This document shows positions 12,450-25,553 of a stretch of 64,000 nt of DNA, piece by piece. Source of the DNA: Ruditapes philippinarum (Eukaryota); assembly GCF_026571515.1 (NCBI RefSeq), contig NW_026867291.1:1-64000 (forward strand), written 5' to 3'. The notes under the pieces were generated by a model. The model ran no database searches and was not told where the DNA came from. It saw only the letters and a list, made by a program, of their open reading frames with translations. How positions within the stretch are numbered: position 1 is the first letter of the stretch; each line of letters opens with the position of its first letter. The position numbers and the translations under genes are program-made.

Positions 12450-13789
12450 TAATAAAAGAAATTGTGTTGTTTGTTTTTGGTCGTAAATATGATATCACAA
12501 ATCGAAATTAGAAAACATGACGTATACGTACCAAACAAAAAGAGGTACCGCATGGGGAAATTATTAAGAAGATAAGCGTGAAATCATATTTTGATAATGT
12601 TCACTATAAAATTATAATTTAAGTTTCACGGATTAATCAGTAATTTCCTCAAAAGCTTAAAATAATACCCAATAAGGGTAACATGTACATTCTTGAATTA
12701 CTTTTGTTTGTGCAGCGTTCGTGTAGCCGTTGAACCCGTGCCACAATGAAAACAGTTGAGAAATAGCTCTTACAATATTAAAGTCAAAGAAAAAAATGTT
12801 ATAAATAAAAATGCTATATAACACAAATCGAATGGAGAAAATTTACATCTGTACCAAACAAAAAAAAATGTATGTAATTGATTAAACGGAACAGAACACA
12901 AACTTCATTTCTGACTTGGGCTCAACACCCATCATCATAACATACAATGCATGCATCAAGAAATCAAATCATAATAAATTCAATCAGTAATATTTACATA
13001 TAAAATACATACAAAACATGATAGTGTTAATCAAATTAATTGAGAATGTCGAAAAATAAATTAATCTATTAATTATATCATATTGATATGTAAATCTACA
13101 AAATTTCCCTATTCTTCAAACGCTTTAATAATACAAAATATTGCTTATTTTCTTATGACCAATGTTCTATTTACGTTTAACAATTGTATGAATTTGTAAA
13201 TACTGGGATTAAGGGTGAAGTATCTTTAAACGTACATGCTTCGATAATCGCTATAAAATTAACATATAAATATAAAATGAAATTCATCCTATACAATAAT
13301 ATATTTTGATCTTAAATGCATAAAACTTTAAGTTTCTTAGTCCGTTTCTTAGTCTATTTCTTAGTTTCGTGACATGAAACCATATGAAAAAATATGTTTA
13401 AAATAGCAACCAAGAACCACTGAAGTTGTCGTTGTCAAACAAATTTATTAGGATTAATATTATTAATATAAAAGTTACAAGTACAAATGTTGCTGCAATG
13501 CCCCTCGCAAAAGAATGCGCTTATTACAGATACCATACCAAATCATTTCTGTGCACAAGTCATTTTCTATTTAGACAAGAATTTGTAACAGAGTTACCAA
13601 CGTCCCGCGCCTCAGGGAACTTTTATATGAAGCTTAAAACTGTGCTATTAAAAATAATTTCAAAAGATTGAGGTATGGATCTCAGGACTTTCAGTCCAAA
13701 ATAATGATACATGCTAGATCTGCAACTGCAAAACTAAATTTATTAAAGAAATAAAATAAAACACGGAAATTAAAAATCTATCATGTTAA

Positions 13790-14310
13790 GCGTTGACCTC
13801 TAAGTGTGACCTTGACATTGGAGGTAGGGTGCAGGTGTTGTGCATGACATTATCGTCTTATTGTTGTAACTATTTGTGCAAAGTATTTTCAAAATACCTT
13901 GAACTATGATCGGACACAAAATTTACCCTATAACAGACTATGTTAATTTTTGACCTCTTAGTGTGACCTTGACCTTTAAGGTAGGGATGCAGGTGTGGCG
14001 CATGACACACCGTCTTATTATAGTGACTATTTGTGCCAAGTATTTTCAAAATCCTTTGATCTATGAAAATACCCTATAACAGACTATGTTAATCTTTGAC
14101 CTCCAAGTGTGACCTTGACCTTGGAGGTAGGTGACTGGTTGTTGCGCACGACACAATGTCTTATTATTGTGAACAATTGTGGCAAGTATATTTACATAAT
14201 CACTTCAAAGATAAGAAAGTTATGAACCGGACACACCATATATACCCTCAAAAAGACAATGTTGACCTTGAATGAGCAAGTGCGACCTTGACCCTGGAGA
14301 TAGGGGATGT
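13790..14310. repeat. Satellite-like tandem array, ~150-165 bp period, about 3.5 units
   Basis: Recurring ttgacctc..agtgtgaccttgacct...ggtaggg at ~13792, 13949, 14096 and 14262. Confidence 0.85.
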
Positions 14311-15889
14311 GTGCAACATTGTTCTTTTTGTGTCACTACTGTAGTCAGTTATATTAGATGATAAAAATATCAAAGCATGTACATTTACTTTTTTACCTAT
14401 AAATTTACTCACTTTCAACAAATATCAACATTGTAGGAAATATTAAAATCCACATGTAAATAAGCCAAATCGACCTTATTTTTCAAAATGTCCGTTACAT
14501 GTTGCGCGCCAAATGGTATATCATGTTAAACAAGCATCAAATGGCGTCCAAGCATGGCATGAAATGCAGCAGGTGACGATGAACTAGTAGACATCTGATG
14601 ACCAGATATTCTCTTAAACTTTTCAATGGTTAATTGGATTTTACCAGAATTGTACATGTATATCATAGATGAATGGGCGGACGAAAGACATTGTTCGTCA
14701 TGAACTTTGGTCGGCTTGCTAAAAATAAAAATATTAAATTTGGAACATACAAAACAGTAGTCAAATTGAACAAAGTCTGTTTTTTTTATTATAATTGTAA
14801 CAAAGATACAAACAGCATATAAAACATAGTTACAGAAGAGACTAATATTGTAATATAACAGAAATGGTTTCTTTTGATGCATTGGACTTAAGATATAGTA
14901 GCTTTATTTTAAGTCTCAGATAAATACTGAAAGAAAATCACACACTGGAAGGATGAATTTCTAAAAGACCAAATTCAGGATATTTTTGTTATACGCGTTG
15001 ACAAAAATAATGGTACATTTAAAATCATGAATAAATTTGCATGGCATGTTGATATATTGAAACACTATTTATCAATGGAAGGCTGTTACCTGTTTTTAGA
15101 CAGGTATCATAGGGTATGAGGAAGTTCACTAACATTATGTTCACACCGTACAATCAATTAAGCAGACAGCAGTTGAAGTGTCGCCGACATGTATATACCG
15201 GTACAACTGTCGACGCTTGAACTGCGCTCTGCCCATTTGATTGTACGGTGTGATGTTCATGGAGTCAAAGATATAAAAGCTACTTGACATAGGTTATAAA
15301 TAAAGAGCTATCGTAACTTGATTTATTGGGACTACTATTTTGTTGTATTGTTTCAAAATCCTCGTCTGACCCACCAGTGTGTTTACATTCCTATCAATAA
15401 ACCCATAACACCTCGACGTTAAAATACATGTGGCAGTATTCGGCCAATCAACATTCCACTCAAACAAAATGGAATCAACTTCTATAGCAAAAATTCGGGA
15501 CACCAGGGTTGATTTAAATAATCAGGGGAGCTATTAATTTATTTATTTTTTTCGATAAGTTATAAGGGTGAATATGTTTTCATTTCATTCTGCAAAACTC
15601 TTCAGTTCGTTCAATTACCTTAGCGGTTAATTAAACTACGTCTATAAATAGATTTTCGGACTTTCTCAATGTTAAGGTCATATCTATTTATAGCTTTGTT
15701 CCCGTTCTCATTCATTATCACCGAAGGGGAGACCAATATATGAGTTTACATAAAAAAATCGAAAGGAAATCGTGCGTCCGAATTTATTTTTAGCTGTAAA
15801 TCGAAGGGATTAATTGATAAAAATCGGGTCCATGGACAAAAAAAATAGAAAACACAAATAGCTCCGCGCCTGTGTGAATTCTAATTACA

Positions 15890-16170
15890 ATTAAAGCAAG
15901 CATAAAACATTTTCTTATATTTGTGCAATTATTTTTCTTTGAATACTTCTCAAATATGCTTTAACATTTTGTTTTTCTATATCACGAAAACAACCACCAT
16001 TGTCTGCGTTGTTTACTGCATGTTTCGCATACATTTCGGCGATTTTAATATCATTTTCTTCTTCAAGCACGGCTAAACACAGATTTAATATCATTTGCCG
16101 CCGAATCTGGATTTCACGACTGCAGCGTTTGATCTCTTTCAAGATTTTCTTTGCGCGTTTCTTATGAATT
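15890..16170 (-). pseudogene. 3' fragment of the CARD-like gene (duplicated C-terminal part)
   Basis: KEIKRCSREIQIRRQMILNLCLAVLEEENDIKIAEMYAKHAVNNADNGGCFRDIEKQNVKAYLRSIQRKIIAQI* matches the C-terminal helical part of 16468-17880. A 1-nt indel gives a stop just before the TM tail. Confidence 0.9.
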
Positions 16171-16467
16171 GTTTCTTTTTATAAGCATGCTAGAACGGAA
16201 AAAGCTTAAATTTCTTGCAATAATGCATTGTTTATTATTTAAATGCATTTTAATAATTATTATTAATCAGACCTATCGACCTTCGTATTTATACTCTTGC
16301 GCATTTGACCTTGAACCTTGCATTATTCTTCTACAATGCAATAAAAATTTGATATATATTACATTGGTTTTAAATTGTTACAATGAGATAAATCTATATG
16401 TCAATTATAATGCATTAAAAACATACAATTATCTAAAGTCATCTAAAATGCATAATGTCTTAAGTTT

Positions 16468-17880
16468 TTAATCTCGTGACATGAAAGAAAATGGAAAAAC
16501 CTGACTAAAATAGTTACCAAGAATCACACAAATAGTCGTTGTAGAACAATATATTAGGAAAACGATACATTTATCATCAGTTGTGAAATAAACCATGAAA
16601 CAGTGAATTCCAAAGCATATTCCAATTATAATAGAAACAAGCATAAAACATTTTCTTATTTTTTGTGCAATCATTTTTCTTTGAATACTTTTCAAGTATG
16701 CCTTAACATTTTGGTTTTCTATATCACGGAAACAACCACCGTTTTCTGCGTTGTTTACTGCATGTTTCGCATACATTTCGGCGGCTTTAATATTATTTTC
16801 TTCCTCGAGTACGGCTAAACACAGATTTAATATCATTTGCCGCCGAATTTGGATTTCATGACTGCAGCGTTTAATCTCTTTCAAAATTTTCTTTGCGCGT
16901 TTCTTATGAATTGTTTTGATCTTCGTTATGTCGCAAACCACGAAATCTGCTGTTATGAATAACAATGATAATGCCATAAACAATAGCATTATTCTTCTCC
17001 AGAGGTTTTGAACGTCCTCACTTTCTTCATTCAAACTCTGAATAGCTATATCTCCTTCAACGAGAATCTTTTCCAACATTTCGTCTGATGGGTTTTTAAA
17101 GTAAAGACATTTATATGTATACTCAATGTCATGGAACGCGGATGTTACCGCAAAACAAGGCATATACATTAAACAGAACTCTTTTGTTTTAACGATATGC
17201 TCTTCAGCTTTCCGAATATTACCTGCTTCAACTTCTGTTATTGCCATTTTTGAATGGAAAACAATTTGCAATGATGTATTATCAACCCCGTTCGTTTCTG
17301 TACCTATTGCTTGATGCAATATTCGTTTGCGTTCTTCAACGTCCTTGTATTGCTGAATTAGTAAAACTGTAGCTGCTGCTTTTCGCTCCATGGCAAACTG
17401 TCGATCATGGACCGATATTTCATCACTACTCATCATGATTTTTTCATCTTGTTTGTATATGAATTGCATTAATATTACTCTTTTATCACCCCAAAACAAA
17501 TTATTATCTATGCAGCTTTTAATATGTTGGTAGTAATCATGTGTCCGTTTAGAATGAGGCATTTCTATTTGTGGGAGTCTCCTGTAACGAATTGTATACC
17601 TTTTTGTTCTTAGATCAGAAGCGATATCAGTATACCCCTCTTCTTCAAATAGAAAACAAACGTTGTCATACGACAAAAGGGGCAACAAATTACGTAGAAG
17701 CTCAGCGATTTGAACATATCCAGAATCGTCTAGTGTGCTATGCAAATTATTGCATTGCCGTTGATCTATTAAATTTAGTTTTTTCAGTTTTTCAATGAAG
17801 CTGCTAATATCAAAGTCCCTCCGGGTGTGATGCTGAAATACTTCCACAATGCACTGGCGATCCCTTCTTATGTTAGCCAT
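16468..17880 (-). CDS. Uncharacterised 470-aa protein: N-terminal CARD/death-fold-like domain, alpha-helical (TPR-like) body, two C-terminal hydrophobic helices
   Basis: Intact ORF. ATG at 17880 is preceded by an in-frame TGA and a tttcag acceptor at 17925-17930. The N-terminal ~90 aa show a CARD-like pattern (FIEKLKKLNLIDQRQCNNL...IAELLRNLL...FLFEEEGYTDIASDL). Hydrophobic FMLVSIIIGICFGIHCFMVYF and CIVFLIYCSTTTICVILGNYF. The domain call is pattern-based inference. Confidence 0.85.
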   Translation of the reverse strand: MANIRRDRQCIVEVFQHHTRRDFDISSFIEKLKKLNLIDQRQCNNLHSTLDDSGYVQIAELLRNLLPLLSYDNVCFLFEEEGYTDIASDLRTKRYTIRYRRLPQIEMPHSKRTHDYYQHIKSCIDNNLFWGDKRVILMQFIYKQDEKIMMSSDEISVHDRQFAMERKAAATVLLIQQYKDVEERKRILHQAIGTETNGVDNTSLQIVFHSKMAITEVEAGNIRKAEEHIVKTKEFCLMYMPCFAVTSAFHDIEYTYKCLYFKNPSDEMLEKILVEGDIAIQSLNEESEDVQNLWRRIMLLFMALSLLFITADFVVCDITKIKTIHKKRAKKILKEIKRCSHEIQIRRQMILNLCLAVLEEENNIKAAEMYAKHAVNNAENGGCFRDIENQNVKAYLKSIQRKMIAQKIRKCFMLVSIIIGICFGIHCFMVYFTTDDKCIVFLIYCSTTTICVILGNYFSQVFPFSFMSRD

Positions 17881-18579
17881 TTGATACAATTTGACCAATC
17901 AGTATATTGATGTATCAAGGAAATCTGAAATGAAGATAACTAATGTATGCTTTCTAACGTTTATTTGTATAACATACTTTATAGTGCAAGACCATTTTCC
18001 ATTCACTCTCAAGACCTTTTACATAACACTGTTAAGTTTGTACGACCTTCATATTGCAATCTGGGAATGTAGAAGACCATTTAAATTACTCTTAAGTTAA
18101 TGTTATATTCTAATGTTTGTAATTTGTATTATACATGTATATATAACATACATTTGTATTTATCTAATCTAAAATGACCCTCCTTATAGTGAGTTGCATG
18201 ATATGTCTATCAATGTCTTAAAAATAAAACCGGAAGTATTTAACTGTACAATCTAGTAACGTGGTGGTCAAGTCCACTATCCCGGTATGGATACGTTATC
18301 ATATTGTTTAAGTTGTCACTAGGTAAACATATAATTATAATATCACGCAAAAAAAAAAACAACTGTGTCATTTATTTAGTATACATATATCACTATCAAG
18401 AAAACTGTTTCTTTTTCTTATCCTTTTTATTGTTTATTTACTTTTTATTTTTATTTATTTATATATATTTATTTTTTAGGTTTTTTAGTTATTAATTTTT
18501 TTATCTATTTATCTTATTTTTTTAATATTTTTTTAATTTTTTTTTTTTGTTTTTTTTTTTTTTTGGGGGGGGGGGGTTT

Positions 18580-18810
18580 ACGTGGCACCAACACAGTATA
18601 GGACATATGACGACCTTCCAGCTTAACTGGTGGATGAAGACCTCGGGTCCCTCCCGTGGCACGAACGGGCACCTAAGTAGATGATTTCCTCACATGAAGG
18701 AATAAAAAGTCACGCAGTGAGAGGCAAGTTAACAGAGATATTGACAAATGGTTTTACGCTTAAGTATATCTTTTATTGTTAACGATCTCAACCACTAGGT
18801 CACGGATGCC
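18580..18810 (-). mobile_element. SINE family A (duplicated with the segment)
   Basis: Same position and sequence as 3745-3955 in unit 1. Confidence 0.6.
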
Positions 18811-21800
18811 CCTCACCGTTTTATGTTTTCTTTTTGACAGTTTCATGCTACATTTACGTATTGAATATATCTCCGATTTACAACTTGGTCTTCTGATTTT
18901 GCCACCGGCGACCCGTATCATTTACAAGACATAAATAATTCTACGTTAATATGTAAATAAACAAAACTTATAAAATACTAACCGGTCCTGTCCTAGTTTA
19001 TTCCAGAAAAAATCTTATAATATCCTTTTCCTTTTTATGAATACGCTATGTTACGTTTTGTATATATGAAAAACCGACGCTTAAATATTGTATCAGTAAA
19101 TCTCACGCTAGATTAATCTATATTTAAATGTCTGGCTCATCATCCCTGAAATAGTCGGAAACAGCTACTTGCATCAATGCAAGTTGACGAACAATTAACT
19201 GCAAAATAATATAGGAAATAACCTTGTACTTTCCTATCATGTTACGTAACAGTCTTTAATGTAATTACATTCAATAAAATTATAAACCCACGCACACCTA
19301 CACGATCAATATTAGAGGAAATTTGATATCCCTAAATATTGTCATACAGCAGATTGTATTCATTTTATTGTGTCGTTCTTACGGAATACCGTTCCAGTAT
19401 AGTACGTGTAATTGATCCAATTACATTTTTGTTTTATCTATAAGACTTAAATAACGACTTTACAAAATTTTAGATAATAAAGATTTTTAAGGCAGATAAA
19501 TTCACCTATCAGTTCTTTATCATTTATTTTAGCATTGGGTGTGTACGACACATAATTATAACTGCCTATCATTCACAAACAAGGCTTATCTTGAAGTTTG
19601 CTTGACAAGAATTGGGGTTCTATATTAAACCTCCTGTTAAAAATATATATAAAAACATCTTAAGTAGATTCATTAATGTTCATTTATTTTCTTAAAATAA
19701 TATACTAATATAAAATTATTTTATAATATCATCTTGTCTAAAAATCTAAAAAAATCATGTTTTACATGACAGACAGACAGACAGATAATTTATTTCAATA
19801 AAATAAGGCTTATAAGCCCATGATGACAAAATAAAAGCATATTTACAAGATAACGAACAGTGCGTATGTTAACGTACAAAACATTATCACAATATAATTA
19901 AGACTTTACAGTAGTGTAGAAATAAAAAAAAATACATAATAATTATAATGATCTAAATAAAAAGTGACAATGAACTAGTAGACATGATGACCAGATATTT
20001 TTATAACTATTCAATGATTAATTGGTTTTTACCAGAATTGTATATCATTTATGAATGGGCGGACAAAATACATTGTTCATCATGAACTTTGGTAGACATG
20101 CTAGAGATGATATGAATATAAAATGTTTTTGTTTTTTTCACATGTACTTGAAATTCTATCAACATTAAGGATAATATCCGAAATATACAGGTCTATGATA
20201 TCCCAAATATACTCCCTATATGGTATAAGTTTATTTATACTATATAGGGGGGATTTTTGGATATTATCATACATATTTGATAGAATTTCAAGTTCATGTG
20301 GTATTTTCTTTGGAACATACAAATAAGTAGTCAAAATGAACAAAGTGTGTTAATTTATCTATTGCGAGGTCAATCTACTATTTTAAAGAATTTCTCGTCT
20401 GACCCACCAGTGTGCTTACATTCTTATCAATTAACCCATAACAACACACGTTAAAATTGTACAGTGAAAATGTCACAATATTGGGCAAACCAACATTCCA
20501 CTCAAACTACCATAAAATCGATTGTCTTCAAAAAATCACTGTCGATTTTAGCTAAAGAGACTTGAACAGCGAATAGGTTTTATAGTATACTACTACTAGA
20601 CCTGTTAACTGTCGCACAACGTGAAAATAAAAGCGACATTTAAAGTTATGAGCTAGGACTATTTAAATATTCACGGTAAAAGTCTAAAAAAGAAAACCGG
20701 AAAGAACAAACGGAAAGACAATTTCAAAATGATTATACTTTCATATAACAATTCGTAAAAATGGCCCACTTAAACTTTTTCTAGATTTATAAAGAGGGCA
20801 ATTAATTGTTTGAATATGTTTGTATTTCATTTCCTGCAAAATTCTCCAGTCCGTCATTTATTACCATAGCGCGACACGAATGACCGTTTCGTAAACTAAA
20901 ACTACTTCTATAAATAGATTTTCTGACTTTCACAATGTTAAGGTCATCATTCTATTTATAGGTACAACGATAACATACATGATAACCCATTGTGTACTGC
21001 AAAATGATTAATTAAAAAAACCTAAGAACGCAAATTAATTGACGGATAAGATAATTTGATTTGAATATGTTTGCACTGCGCAATTGTACAGTTCGCTATT
21101 CATTGTACCAATCGCGACTTTTCATTTTTGATGATCAAACACCCTCTTACCAATCGGAATGATCGGCTATTATGACCGACGAAAAGGCGCTGCCCTTTCA
21201 CGAACCATATAGGGCGTCGCGCTTCGTCGCGGACGGTGGGAATGTTAGACTCCAACACTACTGTTGATACGTTGTAAATCCATTATTTGTCCCGTCCGTT
21301 GATAAAACATTTTAATGACATTCTTACAAATAAATCATCCGAAAACGTAGCTAGTATGTTTATGATTAAGATCACGGTAATACATGTATAGTCTATAATT
21401 GTAGTAAAGTTATTCGGGCATTATAAATTCCAAGGTAGTTCACCACTGGTGTTATGCTAATCTTATTTATCAATCTCCTACGCAGTGATCTCCCTTTTAT
21501 CAGTACAATTCTGCCAAGGGAGGTAATCACTGTGAGGATTTTGCTTATTTATTTGTAGTTATATCCCTTGGTTTAAAAGGTTTAAATAAATTACAATTTT
21601 TTTCTGTTTAATTAAAAAATAAATGTCATTTGCTGTAAATTCACATCTGCATATCATGTGTATCAGATTCGTTTTGTGTTCGTTTGTTTTTGTTTTTTTC
21701 ATAATTGTTTTTGTTTGTTTTTATTTTGTTGTTTATGTTGTTGTTGTCGTTGTTGTTGTAAAATCTTTAACTCTGACCGAGAATGGTAAAATGGTTATCC

Positions 21801-22625
21801 TTTCAGCATCAACCATTTTCATACAGACCCCACCTCAATGAAAAGCCTCTAACCATTAACGAATGAGGAAAGGGGTTAGGTACGGTGGCATAACATCATT
21901 TATTCATCACGTGCGCGCTTGCGATTGTTATATAAGCTCGTCACGTGATAGGTATATGTATTAGGCGGTTACATGTGCACGCGAAAGCTAGTATACGACG
22001 TACAGGTAGAATAATTATTACGTAACACTTGAAAAAATCGTACGCCACAAAACTCGCCATATTAACATAACGCAGTAACATGATTACTTTTAACAAATGT
22101 ATTTGGCGTTAATTGACCAGTTCAAATGTACCAACTTACGATTTTAACCCAATATGAGCCTTTGATAAGAATGATACTTTAAAGAAAGTTAAATTCTTTA
22201 CCGAAATGTGTGTTTTCATTATCAAAAAAACTTCACTTTAGAAATAGAGCAGAGCAAATGAAAGCATTACTTATTCTATCAAGAAAAAAACAAAACATAT
22301 TTCTTGTGATAAACGGCGTAATAAACTGTCTATAGTCTACTTACTAAGATAACTTGTGACAGAACATATAAACAAACGTTTTTTATGATAACAACCAAGG
22401 TTATACACTTTCTTGTTCAGTAGGACGCTCGATTTATATGTATATATTTAACATATTTTTCGCATTATAATGGTTTAGAAATATAATACAAGTGTTTATA
22501 AAATTAAATACAATAAAAAATTAATAAACCAGACAATTTGAATATAAAAAAAACATAAAAGATTTGTTTTGTTTTTTTCAAAGCATTCAACTCACATGTA
22601 TTTAACAAGTCACGTTATTGATAAA

Positions 22626-23164
22626 TATGGTGGCATATTTCTGCCACCAGATAACCTGATAACAAACTAGTTAATTAAGAGGTTAACTAGTTACGTAACT
22701 AGTTAACCTGATAATTAACTAGTTAATTAAGAGGTTAACTAGTTACGTAACTAGTTAATTTTTTCAATAAAGAAAAGATCATAACGGGAAATAAATGCAT
22801 GTTAGTGCCTGCAACTGCCATCCTTTTATTATATCATCATCTTAAAATTAAGAGGTTAACTAGTTAAGTATTTATTTAACTAGTAAACCTATTAATTAAC
22901 TAGTTAATTATCAGGTTAACTAGTTATGTAACTAGTTAACCTCTTAATATTAAGCTTACAATAAGGGATGGCAGTTTGCAGGCACTAACATGCATTTTTT
23001 TCCCGTTATGATCTTTTCTTTATTAAAAAAATTAACTAGTTACGTAACTAGTTAACCTCTTAATTAACTAGTTAATTATCAGGTTAACTAGTTACGTAAC
23101 TAGTTAACCTCTTAATTAACTACTTAATTATCAGGTTATCTGGTGGCAGAAATATGCCACCATA
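22626..23164. mobile_element. Foldback/palindromic MITE (539 bp) with 6-bp TSD GATAAA
   Basis: Termini TATGGTGGCATATTTCTGCCACCAGATAACCTGATAA and its exact reverse complement. GATAAA at 22620-22625 and 23165-23170. The empty site in unit 1 (~10002) has a single GATAAA. Confidence 0.93.
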
Positions 23165-24234
23165 GATAAACTCACCAAAGATTAATTAGAAAATGCAGAT
23201 AATGGATAGGGCATAATTTGAAATTTGATAACGCTCTTGTAACAATGTGACAAAAACAAGTTTTACCTTGACCTAAAGTTCATTATGTCAAGTGTTATAT
23301 CTAAATGACACAAATATCACATGCTGCGGTAATCTATTAGATAAAATTACTTACAAGTTTATAAGTGTGCCAAAAATAACCTTGTAGAAAATAGGTGTTT
23401 TTTCGGGTTTTTGTTTTGTTTTTCTATCTTGGTTTGTGTCTTTTTTATTATCTTTTTTTACAAAGATAAATAGCGCATAGCTATTTTTCCGACGTTGTTG
23501 CTGTTGCTTTACTGTTTCTTTTTTTTTAATAGTAATGTTGAGTCATCTGATTTCTTCCTTGGTTCTCAATAAGTTTATTAAAAGTTGCCACCAGAAACCC
23601 ATATAGACTACTAACTTCCTTCTATTAAAAGTCAGGGGTTACAGAAATTACTTCTGTCTTGGAGAATCAATTGATTCTTTTCATCCAAGGTATGAAGGAA
23701 TAATATAATAACTTTTTTTAAAGATACATCCGTTTTTAACTGGATCGATCATGTGTCCCTGATTTTCTTGTGAAAGAGTATTATCACTTAAGACCACTGC
23801 GCCCGCTTTAATTTAATATTGACAACCTTTGTAGGAGTCTTTAAATAGTTACATTTACGTATTACAATTTAAAACTTGATTTAATTCTGTGTACATATTA
23901 GGTTATTTCATTTTTGGAAATCACCGTATTGTATAATATGACGTAATAAATATTCAAGTTACCTTGAATAACAGAGTAAGGACATACTTATCGGTGGGGG
24001 GGTGTACATGACACAAATGTGGAAATTCGATACAAAATATAGCTTTTAATATAAATATTCTTCTCTTTTTTGCGAAAACAAACACATAAAACACATACAC
24101 AAACCAAAAGAAAAGTATATGAAGAAGTTCCAGCTTAATGTTCAGCTAGAGCATCCTCTTAAAGGCTTTTTTATCTTTTGGTTTATACAATTGTTTAAGT
24201 TTAGGAATGTATAAGCTTATTGACACACTTTCGA

Positions 24235-24372
24235 ATCCGTTCATGTATAACTTATAAGTGTAAACCTCCTTGCTTATGAAAACAACGACGCGCCCCTGAT
24301 GAGGATTGAACCCATACAGATAGCAATCATTAGTATACTAGTCCGAAGCGTTAACCACTCGGCCATGCGACA
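24235..24372 (-). mobile_element. tRNA-derived SINE head
   Basis: Minus strand has A-box TGGCCGAGTGG and B-box-like GGTTCAATCC. No intact cloverleaf. Confidence 0.45.
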
Positions 24373-25553
24373 CTTTGTTTGTATAATCATGGGCTGATTT
24401 TAAGTATTCTCCAAGATGTCGAAAACATGGTTAAATTCAGTTAAGCTCTTTATTCAGCATTTCTTTATAGAAAGTTATTCTTTTTTTTCTAGTTCATAGG
24501 TTTATTCCGTTTATTCCTGTCAGTCGTTTGTTTGTTGCAAATATATAGCTACTTAAAGTGAATACTGGTATAATTTTCATTTTATGAAATTGAGACAAGT
24601 GGCACCTGGATTATACAAATGAAAACAAACCGTATTGTTCGGTGAAAACACCTGTTTTTATCTTCTGCACGTGCCATATTTGATAAAATAATTATAAACA
24701 AACGATAGAACAAAAACATATAAACTGTAACAATTTTAATATTTGATATGCATGCCCTTTATTTCATATATTATGTACAGTAATACACAATAAACATACA
24801 TGTAGTTGATTTGTCTGCCCTATAATACAATGTACAACAAGCAACTTTTTTCATTTTTGAGCTTTCCATGAAATTTCTTGAACAATTTTGGTCCTCGTTC
24901 AAACTCATATATTTCACAAACAAAATGTATTGCATCTATTTCCCTCAAAAAACCATGAGCATGCGTATTAAAAAAATTTCTTAGCGTTTGTTTTGATTAC
25001 AAAGCGGTTTCCCGTCCAATTTATTCATATATATTTTAAGCATTATGCACTTGTAAAAAAATGCTTCAAGTGATCGATTACATATCTTAAGTACCTTCGT
25101 TTTGGACATTATTTCTAATATGATTTGAAATAATGAAACAAACAAGGCGTTAAAAAGATGATCCAGGTCCCTGAAAGCGGTTAATAGTACCAATTTTGCA
25201 CAATCCAAAAATATCTTGATTTAAAATGTTAGACAATATAACACAACTGTTTGACAGTAAAATGACTAAATTCTACTGTTGAGCAATTTTATCAATTCCA
25301 TATATGCTTACAAGCATGAAATGGAAATGATAAAACATGATATATTATATTTTAACAAATAAAACATACAATAAATAATTACATAGGTAGCAACATATAC
25401 ATATACATAAAATCATCGGCAACAACAACAAAACTGAGATCGTTAAAATTTGCCATTAATCCATTATACTCTTGTTATAATTATAAATCCCTCTTCATAT
25501 ATAAATAAACAACTATAATCAGATCAGATTTGAAAAGAAAACCTGACAGCAAC

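Larger units (their letters stand above)
11370..24220 (+). repeat. Tandem segmental duplication, unit 2
   Basis: See unit 1. The two units differ by independent insertions and deletions. Confidence 0.9.

Noticed and set aside
17881-17898. TTG-initiated N-terminal extension MVKLYQ in the ORF track
   Set aside because: Bacterial-style start call. The paralog has a TAA here, so the ATG at 17880 is the plausible start.
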